From assembly GCA_018675975.1 (NCBI GenBank), contig JABGXB010000002.1, positions 62,001 through 126,000 of the forward strand: 64,000 nt of DNA, in the 5' to 3' direction. Both the position numbers and the translations under genes were made by a program. The notes under the pieces are model-generated. The model saw only the letters and a list, made by a program, of their open reading frames with translations, did no database searches and had not been told where the DNA came from. Source of the stretch: Candidatus Woesearchaeota archaeon (lineage in GTDB: Archaea; Nanobdellota; Nanobdellia; Woesearchaeales; JABGXB01). Positions 10,497 through 19,904 of this stretch are shown piece by piece; the first letter of the stretch is position 1, and each line of letters opens with the position of its first letter.

Positions 10497-10871
10497 ATGA
10501 ACGAGAAAGAAGAACTCTTGTATAAAATGATCATTCCTGCAGCCATTTGCGCTATTATATCTAGCTATGTTATTAATTTTGATAAAACACAATCAGGAAT
10601 GTTTAATTTTGCATTTGATTATCCACAAGAAGCATATGAAAATTTTAATACGACACTAAGAAAAAAAATTGCAATAGAAACTCATGGCGGGTTATTAACT
10701 AAAGAAAAAATAAATCAATATTATAAAAAGTTTTTAACAAGTAATCAAATAACAATTGATGAATCTGGATACATAATATATAATGGAAAAGGTAAAAGAA
10801 TTTATTTTGACCAATTAGAGGAAATATTAAAAACATATAAATCAAATAAAGAGGCTAAAAATGACAGATGA
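10497..10871 (+). CDS. hypothetical protein, N-terminal membrane anchor
   Basis: ORF track; hydrophobic N-terminus; TATA upstream. Confidence 0.55.
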   Translation: MNEKEELLYKMIIPAAICAIISSYVINFDKTQSGMFNFAFDYPQEAYENFNTTLRKKIAIETHGGLLTKEKINQYYKKFLTSNQITIDESGYIIYNGKGKRIYFDQLEEILKTYKSNKEAKNDR

Positions 10872-11295
10872 CAAAATAAAAAATAATATATCTACACAAA
10901 AACCAAGACTAACAAGTTCTGTTATTGTAAAATACAATAATAAATATTTACTTGGACAAAGAAATAAAGCTAATATGAAAAACAAATGGGTTTTTCCAGG
11001 TGGCGGAGTTGAGTTTGGTGAAACTTTAACAATGGCTGCAATTCGAGAAGTAAAAGAAGAAACTGGAATTGATATATGCAATATTAATTTATTTAAACAT
11101 AAAGAATTAATCAATGTTCCAGGAAATTATCATAGTATAGTATTTTTCTTTACAGCCGAAGCAATAGGAAGTGCAATATATACTAAAGATGATATTAGCG
11201 AAGCAAGTTTCTTTACAATAGATGAAATTAAAAAATTAGATATATTACCAAGTGTAAAAGATATTTTAACAGATAGGGGAGTTTGGCAAGATTAG
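10861..11295 (+). CDS. NUDIX hydrolase
   Basis: complete box GGGVEFGETLTMAAIREVKEETGI. Confidence 0.9.
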   Translation: MTDDKIKNNISTQKPRLTSSVIVKYNNKYLLGQRNKANMKNKWVFPGGGVEFGETLTMAAIREVKEETGIDICNINLFKHKELINVPGNYHSIVFFFTAEAIGSAIYTKDDISEASFFTIDEIKKLDILPSVKDILTDRGVWQD

Positions 11296-11690
11296 TCTTC
11301 AATTAGAGATCTTTTCTCAGCTAACCCTTTGTAAAATCTCATTAATTCAGATGTACTTAAAGGTCTAATAATTTCTATACAACTGTTATCATCTTTTATC
11401 ATTCCAACATCGCTTATCAAACTCAAATCAGTAGGGCGTTTATCTCTTCTCACAAGTTCAACATAACCATTAATATATGTAAATTTAAAATCAAAATATT
11501 CTTTTTTTAAATTACGAAAATAATCAACTAAAGATATTTCATCATCTGATAATGAAAAATTCTTAAATGCACATGAATTAGTTTGACTAAATTCTTTATT
11601 GCTACATAAAAAACTTTTGCCATAGTATTCATATTTACCTTCACTTGACACAGTACTTTGAAACCACAGACTAAAATATGCTTCGTTCAT
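11292..11690 (-). CDS. hypothetical protein
   Basis: ORF track; TATA upstream. Confidence 0.55.
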   Translation of the reverse strand: MNEAYFSLWFQSTVSSEGKYEYYGKSFLCSNKEFSQTNSCAFKNFSLSDDEISLVDYFRNLKKEYFDFKFTYINGYVELVRRDKRPTDLSLISDVGMIKDDNSCIEIIRPLSTSELMRFYKGLAEKRSLIED

Positions 11691-11741
11691 ATCAATTAGC
11701 TAAAATTAGGTTTTATAAAAATTTATATTCTTAAAAAATAA

Positions 11742-12446
11742 TTAATTAATTTTAAAATTATTTATATTTCCATCATTTTCATTCATTTCAAAATCATTAA
11801 TATTTATTTTTTCATTTAACTTATTTTTAATTAACCATAAATCAGATGGAATTATTTCATTTTCATTTAATTCATCTAAATTAAACCATTTTAATTCACC
11901 ATAGCGACTATCAATAAATTCATTAGTGCTAGTTTGCATTTTAGTCATAAATAAGATAAAACTATGTTTTACATTATCATTAAACATAACTTTTTCATTT
12001 GAAATATTATTTACACTTAAAAAATTTCCATTAATATTTGTTTTTTGTTTAATTAATCTAATACTTGCATCTTTATAATTTTCTTCAAATTTAATTTTCC
12101 CACCAATTAATCCCCAATAATTTTTATATGGTCTTATATTTCTTTTTAATAATAATATTTGATTTTCATTATTTAATAAAACAATTAAAACAACAGGCAA
12201 TGGTGTATGTGAATTATTTAGTATATGTCTAAAAATCGGAATATATTTTTCTGAATCAATTGTTAATTGATATTCATTTTCAATTTTAATTAATAAACCA
12301 TCATTTATCATTTGATCTAAATGATAAGCTAAAATATTTGACCTTACTTTTATTTGTTTTTCTATTTCATTAAATCTTAATTTATTTTTATTTACAAATA
12401 AAGAGAAAATTTCATACCGTTCTTTTTTTTGTAAATTTTTAATCAT
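11742..12446 (-). CDS. wHTH + degenerate NUDIX regulator
   Basis: LRFNEIEK..SNILAYHL wHTH; RPYKNYWGLIGGK..SIRLIKQKTNI box lacking its Glu residues. Confidence 0.75.
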   Translation of the reverse strand: MIKNLQKKERYEIFSLFVNKNKLRFNEIEKQIKVRSNILAYHLDQMINDGLLIKIENEYQLTIDSEKYIPIFRHILNNSHTPLPVVLIVLLNNENQILLLKRNIRPYKNYWGLIGGKIKFEENYKDASIRLIKQKTNINGNFLSVNNISNEKVMFNDNVKHSFILFMTKMQTSTNEFIDSRYGELKWFNLDELNENEIIPSDLWLIKNKLNEKININDFEMNENDGNINNFKIN

Positions 12447-12499
12447 AGTCAAATGAATTTGAGGAATCTTTTAAATATTATTATTATTTTTTATATTTT

Positions 12500-13246
12500 A
12501 TGTACTTTATAGGAATTGATTTGGCATGGTCCCCAAAAAATAATAGTGGTGTTTCAATTATTGATTCAAATCATAGTCTTACAAAATATGGAGTTTGTAA
12601 AAGTGATGATGAAATAATTGATTTTATTTTTTCAACTATTAAAACAGATAATTGTTTAATTGCAATAGATGCTCCTTTAATAGTTCCAAATGAAACTGGA
12701 CGGCGTCCTTGTGAAGCACAAATAAGTAATTTATTTAGAACTTATCATGCAGGTGCACATCCAAGTAATAGAAATAGATTTTTACAATGGTCACCCGTAG
12801 TTCGTGGAGAAGAATTAGTTAAAAAATTAGAATCCATTGGAATTGTTCATGACCCATATATTGAATTATATGAAGAATCTAGAAAATGTTTTGAAGTATT
12901 TCCACATCCATCAATGGTTGTTTTATTTAATTTAGAAAAAATATTAAAATATAAATCAAAACCAGGAAGAGATCATGAATTTCTATGTAATGAATTTCAA
13001 AAATATCAAATGCATTTAAAAAAATTAGAAAAATCAAATCCTGCATTATATTTACCTGAAGAATTAACAAATAAAGATTTGAGTGAATTAAAGGGTAAAA
13101 AATTAAAAGAATATGAGGATATTTTAGATTCAGTTTTTTGTGGATATATTGCCTTGTATGCATGGAATAATCCAAACAAATGTAAAGTGTTTGGCGATAT
13201 GGAAAAGGGATATATTTTGACCCCCATTTCTAATCATATGAGGTAG
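12500..13246 (+). CDS. DUF429 family RNase H-like protein
   Basis: FIGIDLAW, IAIDAPL, GRRPCE, FEVFPHP, EDILDS. Confidence 0.85.
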   Translation: MYFIGIDLAWSPKNNSGVSIIDSNHSLTKYGVCKSDDEIIDFIFSTIKTDNCLIAIDAPLIVPNETGRRPCEAQISNLFRTYHAGAHPSNRNRFLQWSPVVRGEELVKKLESIGIVHDPYIELYEESRKCFEVFPHPSMVVLFNLEKILKYKSKPGRDHEFLCNEFQKYQMHLKKLEKSNPALYLPEELTNKDLSELKGKKLKEYEDILDSVFCGYIALYAWNNPNKCKVFGDMEKGYILTPISNHMR

Positions 13247-13251
13247 AAATG

Positions 13252-13439
13252 TTTATAAAAAGACCTTGATTCTTAGTATTATAGTAGTATGTGTGAGAGA
13301 GCACTAGTAAAAAAATATAGGAAGTTCATATTCAATGACTAAATCCTTAGATGATTTCAAATATAGGTGGGAAATGATCTGTACTTTTCGCTTTTTCTAT
13401 TAAATCATATTATATAGAATATATAATGAGGAATAAAAT
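13252..13439 (+). promoter_or_regulatory. TATA box plus long structured 5' leader of the DEAD-box helicase gene
   Basis: TTTATAAA at 13252-13259, about 160-nt leader with complementary segments, GAGGA SD before the ATG. Confidence 0.5.
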
Positions 13440-15089
13440 ATGAGTAATACATTTGAAAGTTTAAATTTAGATAATCAATTAATGGGTGCCATTAATAGAT
13501 TAGGTTTTAAAGAACCAACACAAATACAGAGAGATTCAATCCCTTTAATTTTTAAAAATAAAGACGTGATTGGAGAATCAGCAACAGGTAGTGGTAAAAC
13601 ATTAGCTTTTGGTGCAGGTATAATTAAAAATGCTGAACCTGGAAATGGAATTCAAGCAATAGTTTTAGTTCCAACAAGAGAATTAGCTGAACAAGTTAAA
13701 AATGAAATAACTAAATTAGCATATAAAAAACCAATTAAAGTTTTAGCAATTTATGGTGGAGTTTCAATCAATCCACAAATTGACGGTTTAAAAAAATGCG
13801 AAATTATTGTTGCAACACCAGGTAGATTATTAGATCACATGAGTCAAAGAACTATTGATACAACTAAAGTAAAAACATTAGTATTAGATGAAGCAGATAG
13901 AATGGTTGAAATGGGTTTTATTGAAGATGTTGAAAGAATTATAAGAGCTTGTCCAAAAAATAGACAAACATTATTATTTTCTGCAACTATGTATGGACCT
14001 GCAAAAGAAATTGCAAAAAAACATATGAAAAATCCAGAAACAATTCATGCAACAAAAATGGTTGATCCAAAAAAGTTACAACAAACTTATTATGATACAC
14101 CATCAAATATGAAAAAAGAATTATTGGTTCACTTATTAAAAAAAGAAGAATCTGACTTAGTTATAGTTTTTTGTAATACTCGAAGAGCAACTGATATGGT
14201 AGGAAGAGTATTAAAGTTAAATAAAATTAAATCAGCACCAATCCATGGTGGTTTAACTCAAGTTAAAAGATTAAAAACTATTGAATTATTTCATAAAGGA
14301 AAATTTCAAGTTTTAGTTTGTACTGATGTAGCAGCAAGAGGATTACATATCGAAGGCGTAACACATGTTTACAATTACGATGTACCTAATGATCCTTCAG
14401 ATTATGTTCATAGAATTGGAAGAACTGCAAGAGCGGGTAAAGAAGGTTTAATTATTAATATCATTGCACAAAGAGATTATGATAATTTTTCAAAATTGGT
14501 TTCTACACACAGAGATTATAAAATTAAAAAAGAAGAAAGACCAAATTTAAAAGAAAATTCAGATTTTATTAATGATACTAGTTCTACACCAAGATCAGAT
14601 AATAATAGAGGAAATTACGGAAGAAGTAATGACAGATCAGGTGGTTACGGAAGAAGTAATGACAGATCAGGTGGTTACGGAAGAAGTAATGACAGATCAG
14701 GTGGTTACGGAAGAAGTAATGACAGATCAGGAAGTTATGGAAGAAGTAATGACAGATCAGGAAATTATGGAAGAAGTAATGATAGATCAAGTAGTTATGG
14801 TAGAAGTAATGACAGATCAGGAAGTTATGGAAGAAGTAATGATAGATCAAGTAGTTATGGTAGAAGTAATGACAGATCAGGTGGTTATGAAAGAAGTAAT
14901 GATAGATCAGATAGTTATGAAAGAAGTAATCGAAGACCTAGTAATACTAATAATAATAAAGGATTTAATAAATATTCAAGAAATTCCGGAAGTGAAAAAT
15001 CTTACGGAGATAGAACAGAAAATAAATCCAAAGGTAAAAAAAACTTTAGTAGAAAAAGTAATGACAAAAGTCGACCAAGAAATAAATAA
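13440..15089 (+). CDS. DEAD-box RNA helicase (DeaD/CshA-like)
   Basis: ATGSGKT, PTRELA, TPGR, DEAD, SAT, TDVAARG, HRIGRTAR. Confidence 0.95.
   Translation: MSNTFESLNLDNQLMGAINRLGFKEPTQIQRDSIPLIFKNKDVIGESATGSGKTLAFGAGIIKNAEPGNGIQAIVLVPTRELAEQVKNEITKLAYKKPIKVLAIYGGVSINPQIDGLKKCEIIVATPGRLLDHMSQRTIDTTKVKTLVLDEADRMVEMGFIEDVERIIRACPKNRQTLLFSATMYGPAKEIAKKHMKNPETIHATKMVDPKKLQQTYYDTPSNMKKELLVHLLKKEESDLVIVFCNTRRATDMVGRVLKLNKIKSAPIHGGLTQVKRLKTIELFHKGKFQVLVCTDVAARGLHIEGVTHVYNYDVPNDPSDYVHRIGRTARAGKEGLIINIIAQRDYDNFSKLVSTHRDYKIKKEERPNLKENSDFINDTSSTPRSDNNRGNYGRSNDRSGGYGRSNDRSGGYGRSNDRSGGYGRSNDRSGSYGRSNDRSGNYGRSNDRSSSYGRSNDRSGSYGRSNDRSSSYGRSNDRSGGYERSNDRSDSYERSNRRPSNTNNNKGFNKYSRNSGSEKSYGDRTENKSKGKKNFSRKSNDKSRPRNK
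14619..14930 (+). repeat. 30-bp coding tandem repeat, about 10 copies (GRSNDRSGGY)
   Basis: GGAAGAAGTAATGACAGATCAGGTGGTTAC repeated without spacers. Confidence 0.95.
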
Positions 15090-15182
15090 TTTTTTATTTT
15101 TTTAATTTATTATTTTTAATATATATATTCAATAAAACAATTGAAACAAACATTTATTAAACAAATAATTCTTTTTTTATTT

Positions 15183-16178
15183 ATGATTTCAGATGATTTA
15201 TTAAAAAAGATTGATGAAAAACAAAGCCCATGTGTAGTTGGCTTAGACCCAGACATTTCTAAATTTCCAGAACAATTTTTAAGAAGAACAAGTGATTTTT
15301 CAGAAATTGGAACAGCAATTACGGCTTTTAATTATGGAATAATTGACGCAATACATGACTTAGTTCCAGCAGTAAAGCCACAAATCGCTTTTTATGAACA
15401 ATATGGTGCACCAGGAATTTTAGCATTTGAAAATACAATAGCTTATGCAAAATCAAAAGGATTAATTGTTATTACAGATGCAAAAAGAAATGATATTGGA
15501 AATACATCTAAAACATATGCAAATGGACATTTAGGTAAAGTAGAAACATCACAAGGTATGCAAAAATCATTTGATGCAGATTTTTTAACAGTAAATCCAT
15601 ATATGGGAATGGACAGTTTAGAACCTTTTGTTGATGTATGTAAAGAATATCATAAAGGACTTTTTGTATTAGTAAAAACCTCAAATAAAGGATCAGGAGA
15701 TTTTCAAGATAGACTTGTAGAATTAACAGACGAAGAAGCAATTGTTTTATGCGACTTAGGTTTTCAAAATTCAAATACACTAAATAAAAAAACTGAATTA
15801 TATAATTTAGTTGGAATGAAAGTAAATCAAGTTGCTCAAACATTTATAGGAGAGCGAGGTTATTCATCAATTGGTGCAGTAATCGGTGCAACATATCCAG
15901 AACAAGCTGAAATATTAAGAAAAATTATGCCAAATAATATGTTTTTAGTTCCAGGTTATGGAGCACAAGGAGGAGGCGCAAAAGACGTGATTCCATGTTT
16001 TAATGAAGACGGATATGGGGCTGGTATAAATTCATCAAGAGGTGTTTTATATGCACATTTAAAACATAATAGTCCGAAAAAATTTCAAGAATATTCAAGA
16101 CAAGCTGTACTTGAAATGAATTTAGATATAAAAAGTGCATTAAAAGACGCAAATAAATATCCAAGCACTTGGGATTAA
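15183..16178 (+). CDS. pyrF: orotidine-5'-phosphate decarboxylase
   Basis: VGLDP, KPQIAFYE, DAKRNDIGNT, TVNPYMG, LVKTSN, GAVIGAT, LVPGYGAQG, NSSRG. Confidence 0.95.
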   Translation: MISDDLLKKIDEKQSPCVVGLDPDISKFPEQFLRRTSDFSEIGTAITAFNYGIIDAIHDLVPAVKPQIAFYEQYGAPGILAFENTIAYAKSKGLIVITDAKRNDIGNTSKTYANGHLGKVETSQGMQKSFDADFLTVNPYMGMDSLEPFVDVCKEYHKGLFVLVKTSNKGSGDFQDRLVELTDEEAIVLCDLGFQNSNTLNKKTELYNLVGMKVNQVAQTFIGERGYSSIGAVIGATYPEQAEILRKIMPNNMFLVPGYGAQGGGAKDVIPCFNEDGYGAGINSSRGVLYAHLKHNSPKKFQEYSRQAVLEMNLDIKSALKDANKYPSTWD

Positions 16179-16179
16179 A

Positions 16180-16494
16180 ATGACATTAAAAGATATTCAA
16201 AAAGAGGTTGATGATTGGATAAATCAATTTAAAATTGGATATTGGAAACCACATGAAGTTTTAGCTAGATTAACAGAAGAAACTGGAGAATTAGCAAGAG
16301 AAATTAATCATATTTATGGCCCTAAAAAGAAAAAATCTACTGAAGAGACAAAAGAATTATCAAATGAAATGGCAGATATAATTTTTACTCTATGTTGCCT
16401 TGCCAATTCACTGGATTTGGACTTAGATGAAGCTTTTAAAAGGGTAATGGACAAATGCTATGACAGAGATCAGAATCGTTATGAAAAGAAATAA
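16180..16494 (+). CDS. MazG-like nucleotide pyrophosphohydrolase (YpjD-like)
   Basis: RLTEETGELAREINH, EMADI. Confidence 0.9.
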   Translation: MTLKDIQKEVDDWINQFKIGYWKPHEVLARLTEETGELAREINHIYGPKKKKSTEETKELSNEMADIIFTLCCLANSLDLDLDEAFKRVMDKCYDRDQNRYEKK

Positions 16495-16615
16495 ATTTTG
16501 CTTATAAGAGCCAAAACCGATTAGTTTTTAAATAATAATATTTTCTTTCAATTATATCAGTAAACTTTAATTATTGCAAAATAGTAAACTGTTTCTGAGT
16601 ACACGAGGTTCGAAA

Positions 16616-16837
16616 ATGGAAGGAACTGTAAAGTTTTTTAATGAAAGAAAAGGATTTGGTTTTATAAAAACTGAAGATGGTAAAGAATACTTTGTTCATC
16701 AAAGTGCACTACAAGAAGGTATGGTTTTAAGCGACAATGATGTTGTTCAATTCGATATTGAAGATGGCGAACGAGGCCCAAAAGCTGTTAATGTTCAAAA
16801 AAGCGAAAGCTCAAACGAAGATAATACAGAAGAATAA
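16616..16837 (+). CDS. csp: cold-shock protein
   Basis: GTVKFFN, KGFGFI (RNP1), YFVH (RNP2), GPKAVNV; GAGGT SD before ATG 16616. Confidence 0.95.
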   Translation: MEGTVKFFNERKGFGFIKTEDGKEYFVHQSALQEGMVLSDNDVVQFDIEDGERGPKAVNVQKSESSNEDNTEE

Positions 16838-16896
16838 TTTATTAGTTTTTATTTACTTAAATTCATAATTTATTATAATTAATTTTTATTTTTTTT

Positions 16897-17466
16897 TTAT
16901 TTTTTACATATATATACAAATGCTGGGGGCAGATTTTTCCAAATAATTTTACTTTTTTCTACAGATTTAAATTTTTTTAGCAATAATTGTTTAAATTTCA
17001 TTCCACTAGGAAGATATGATCCTTGAATATAAGCAAATGTTAGAAATACACCATTTTTTGATAAAGAATCATAAATTGAATTTAATAGATTAATTTGCAA
17101 ACTATTATCAAAAGCAGCCCAAGGCAAACCAGAAATAATACAATCACAATATTTTTCATTATGTTTTAATAAATATTTATTAATTTTATCAGCAGATGAA
17201 TTGTAAACAATTATACCTGGACAATTTTTTTTGGTAATAGAAACAAATTCTTTATTTATCTCTAAACAAAAAAAAGTTGATTTTGAATTCTTTTGTTTTA
17301 CAATTTCTTTTGTAAATACACCAGTACCTGAACCCAATTCAATAATACATTTTTTATTTGAAAGATTAGCTAAATCTACAATAAATTTAGACAAATGTTT
17401 TGAAGACGGTGCAATAGCTCCAGTACATTTAATGTGTTTAAAAAATTGTTTTAAAAACTGATTCAT
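16897..17466 (-). CDS. SAM methyltransferase, Sinorhizobium-type PmtA/KsgA-like
   Basis: TGAIAPSS, IELGSGTGVFT, IISGLPW, NLPPAFVY. Confidence 0.8.
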   Translation of the reverse strand: MNQFLKQFFKHIKCTGAIAPSSKHLSKFIVDLANLSNKKCIIELGSGTGVFTKEIVKQKNSKSTFFCLEINKEFVSITKKNCPGIIVYNSSADKINKYLLKHNEKYCDCIISGLPWAAFDNSLQINLLNSIYDSLSKNGVFLTFAYIQGSYLPSGMKFKQLLLKKFKSVEKSKIIWKNLPPAFVYICKK

Positions 17467-17489
17467 AAATTAAGTAAGTCTTTATGTTT

Positions 17490-18560
17490 TTAAATATATT
17501 TTCTTTTATCCCAACCTATTTGTTTTGCCATAGGTTCATAAGGATCATATGGATAATCGCCTCTTCTATCCTTATAATTTACTTTTCTAGTATTTACATC
17601 CAAATTATATAATTTTGCAGGATTTAAAAAAACTAATTTTTCAATTAATTTTTCTGAAAAATTATTAAATCTTAAATATTCTACAATAATAGGCCAAGAA
17701 GCAAGACCAGGAATTCCTGACATAAAAATTCCGCCTTCTCTATTCTTTTCATTTTCTTTATGCGGAGCATGATCTGTTTCAATCATATCAATTTTTTCTG
17801 TTCGCAAATACTCAAACATTCCTTGTTGAGATTCTGGACTTCTCAATGGTGGATTCATTTTAAAATATAAACCATCAGGTTCATTCATACGATTCCAATC
17901 ATAAATCCAATGATGAGGACAAGACCCACAAGTAATATCCATTCCAGCCATTTTAGCATTATATACTAAATCTACTGCAGTAGGTGAAGAAATATGTGCA
18001 ACATGAACTCTACCTTTAAAATTAAATTCAATAACCATACTCAATAAATCTTCAACTGACGCAATTTCACTCTCTTCAGGACGTGCATGACAATGAGAAA
18101 TTGGATTATCCGGAGTCCAAATATGATCATGAATATGATCTTCCTTTTCACAATGTGCAACAAGAAGTCCTCTATAATCTAAATTAGTTAAGGTTTTCAT
18201 TAAAAATCTTTGTTCCTCTTCTAAAGTTATCCCTAATCTTCCAGTAGAATGACCTAAATAAACTTTAATACCGGGAACTTGTTCATATTTATTACATACA
18301 TAAACAGCCTCTTTAATTTGTTCTAAATCTGAAGTAATTCCCATAAAGCATCTATATAAAACTTCTTTAACATCAGCATCTTTTGCTTTTCTAATTTTAT
18401 TTTCAATTTCAACTCTGCTCATTACAGCAGGCTTATTATTAGGCATATCTAAAACTGCAACTAAACCAGAATCTCTTGCAACTTCTAATCCATTTTTAAT
18501 TGTTTCTTTATCTTCTTCTTCAAAATCTCTAAAATGTACATGTCCATCTATAAAATTCAT
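17490..18560 (-). CDS. pyrC: dihydroorotase
   Basis: DGHVHFRD, DMPN, HCE, HVAHIS, CPHH, KMNPPLR, ETDHAPH. Confidence 0.9.
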   Translation of the reverse strand: MNFIDGHVHFRDFEEEDKETIKNGLEVARDSGLVAVLDMPNNKPAVMSRVEIENKIRKAKDADVKEVLYRCFMGITSDLEQIKEAVYVCNKYEQVPGIKVYLGHSTGRLGITLEEEQRFLMKTLTNLDYRGLLVAHCEKEDHIHDHIWTPDNPISHCHARPEESEIASVEDLLSMVIEFNFKGRVHVAHISSPTAVDLVYNAKMAGMDITCGSCPHHWIYDWNRMNEPDGLYFKMNPPLRSPESQQGMFEYLRTEKIDMIETDHAPHKENEKNREGGIFMSGIPGLASWPIIVEYLRFNNFSEKLIEKLVFLNPAKLYNLDVNTRKVNYKDRRGDYPYDPYEPMAKQIGWDKRKYI

Positions 18561-18656
18561 AAATATATTTAATTAAACCCACTTAAAAAAATTATTGTCA
18601 TAATAAATATACTTGATAATAATATTCTATATAAATTAAATGAAATAATTGAAATT

Positions 18657-19019
18657 ATGGTAAGTGAACAAATAGTGGAAATTTTAAATGATAATGGATG
18701 GTTTATTGACTCAAATAATGATTCATATAGAATTAATAAATTATATTCATTAAAACCCTTAAAGGAACAATCTCATTTGGTTATTCCTTCATTAAAAATT
18801 TCAAACCCTTGTCAAATTAAAACATATGGTTGTCTAAAAAAACTAAATGAATTTAGAATCCTATTTGATGAAATTAAATTTAATCATAATTACACACATA
18901 TAGAATTTAGTTACTCTATTAATGGAAATAAAGAATTTGCACAAATAAATAATACATTTATTATTGAATTATTCAAACAGGGATTTGAAAATATTAATAC
19001 AAGCCCATATCACATATAA
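18657..19019 (+). CDS. hypothetical protein
   Basis: ORF track; TATA upstream. Confidence 0.5.
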   Translation: MVSEQIVEILNDNGWFIDSNNDSYRINKLYSLKPLKEQSHLVIPSLKISNPCQIKTYGCLKKLNEFRILFDEIKFNHNYTHIEFSYSINGNKEFAQINNTFIIELFKQGFENINTSPYHI

Positions 19020-19051
19020 ACAATTATAAAAGATTAAATCTAAAAAATAAT

Positions 19052-19714
19052 ATGAGAGTAAAAATAATTCCAACTGTTTTTGCATTAAATAAAAAAGAAT
19101 TTGATACTAAATTTAAAAAATTATATAATATTACAAAAGAATTACAAATCGATTTTATGGATGGTAAATTTGTAAAAAATAAATCCGTTGATATTAAATA
19201 TGTTCCGAACTTAAAATCTTATAATAAAAAATATGGACTTAAATGTGAAGCACATTTAATGATAAAAAATCCAATTAAATTAATATCAAAATTAAATCAA
19301 ATTGGATTTAAAAAAATATTAATACATTTTTCTGCATTCAAAACTGAAGTTGAATTAATTAATTGTTTAAATGAAATAAAAAAATATAAAATGATTCCAG
19401 CATTAGTAATTAATCCAAATATTAAATTGAATCTAATTGAAAAATTAATTCCAAAATTTAAAACCATAATGTTAATGGGAGTTTATCCTGGAGCAGAAGG
19501 ACAGAGTTTTGTAAGTACAAATTATTTAAAAATAAAAAAACTAAGACAAAAATTTCCTAAATTAAATATACAAATTGATGGTGGAGTTAATTTAAAAACA
19601 ATTAAAAAAATTGTGGATTCAGGTGCAAATATATTGAATAGTGGAAGTTTTATATCAAGTAGTGATAATCCTAAAAATTCTTTAAATATATTAAAAAAAT
19701 TAGCTAATTCTTAA
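19052..19714 (+). CDS. rpe: ribulose-phosphate 3-epimerase
   Basis: QIDFMDGKFV, EAHLM, MGVYPG..GQ, IDGGV, SGS. Confidence 0.9.
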   Translation: MRVKIIPTVFALNKKEFDTKFKKLYNITKELQIDFMDGKFVKNKSVDIKYVPNLKSYNKKYGLKCEAHLMIKNPIKLISKLNQIGFKKILIHFSAFKTEVELINCLNEIKKYKMIPALVINPNIKLNLIEKLIPKFKTIMLMGVYPGAEGQSFVSTNYLKIKKLRQKFPKLNIQIDGGVNLKTIKKIVDSGANILNSGSFISSSDNPKNSLNILKKLANS

Positions 19715-19899
19715 GATAAAGTTAATAATCCATTAATTGTAAAAGCAATTCCCATTATAAAAAAACCAAAACCCATAATTCTACTATTTTTAAAACTAGT
19801 AAAATACATAAAAAATCCAACTAACATTAAAAATATTCCAGATACTATTGAATAAATTCCACGCACTGGAATACCGCCACTACCACCATATCTACTCAT
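19711..19899 (-). CDS. small two-helix membrane protein
   Basis: hydrophobic; GAGGTGA SD upstream. Confidence 0.65.
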   Translation of the reverse strand: MSRYGGSGGIPVRGIYSIVSGIFLMLVGFFMYFTSFKNSRIMGFGFFIMGIAFTINGLLTLS

Positions 19900-19904
19900 T
19901 TAAA

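Noticed and set aside
14619..14930. 30-bp repeats as a CRISPR array
   Set aside because: No unique spacers; in-frame tandem repeat inside the helicase CDS.
14572..15105. Overlapping ORFs 14572-15105 (+) and 14584-14850 (-)
   Set aside because: Stop-free shadow frames produced by the tandem repeat.
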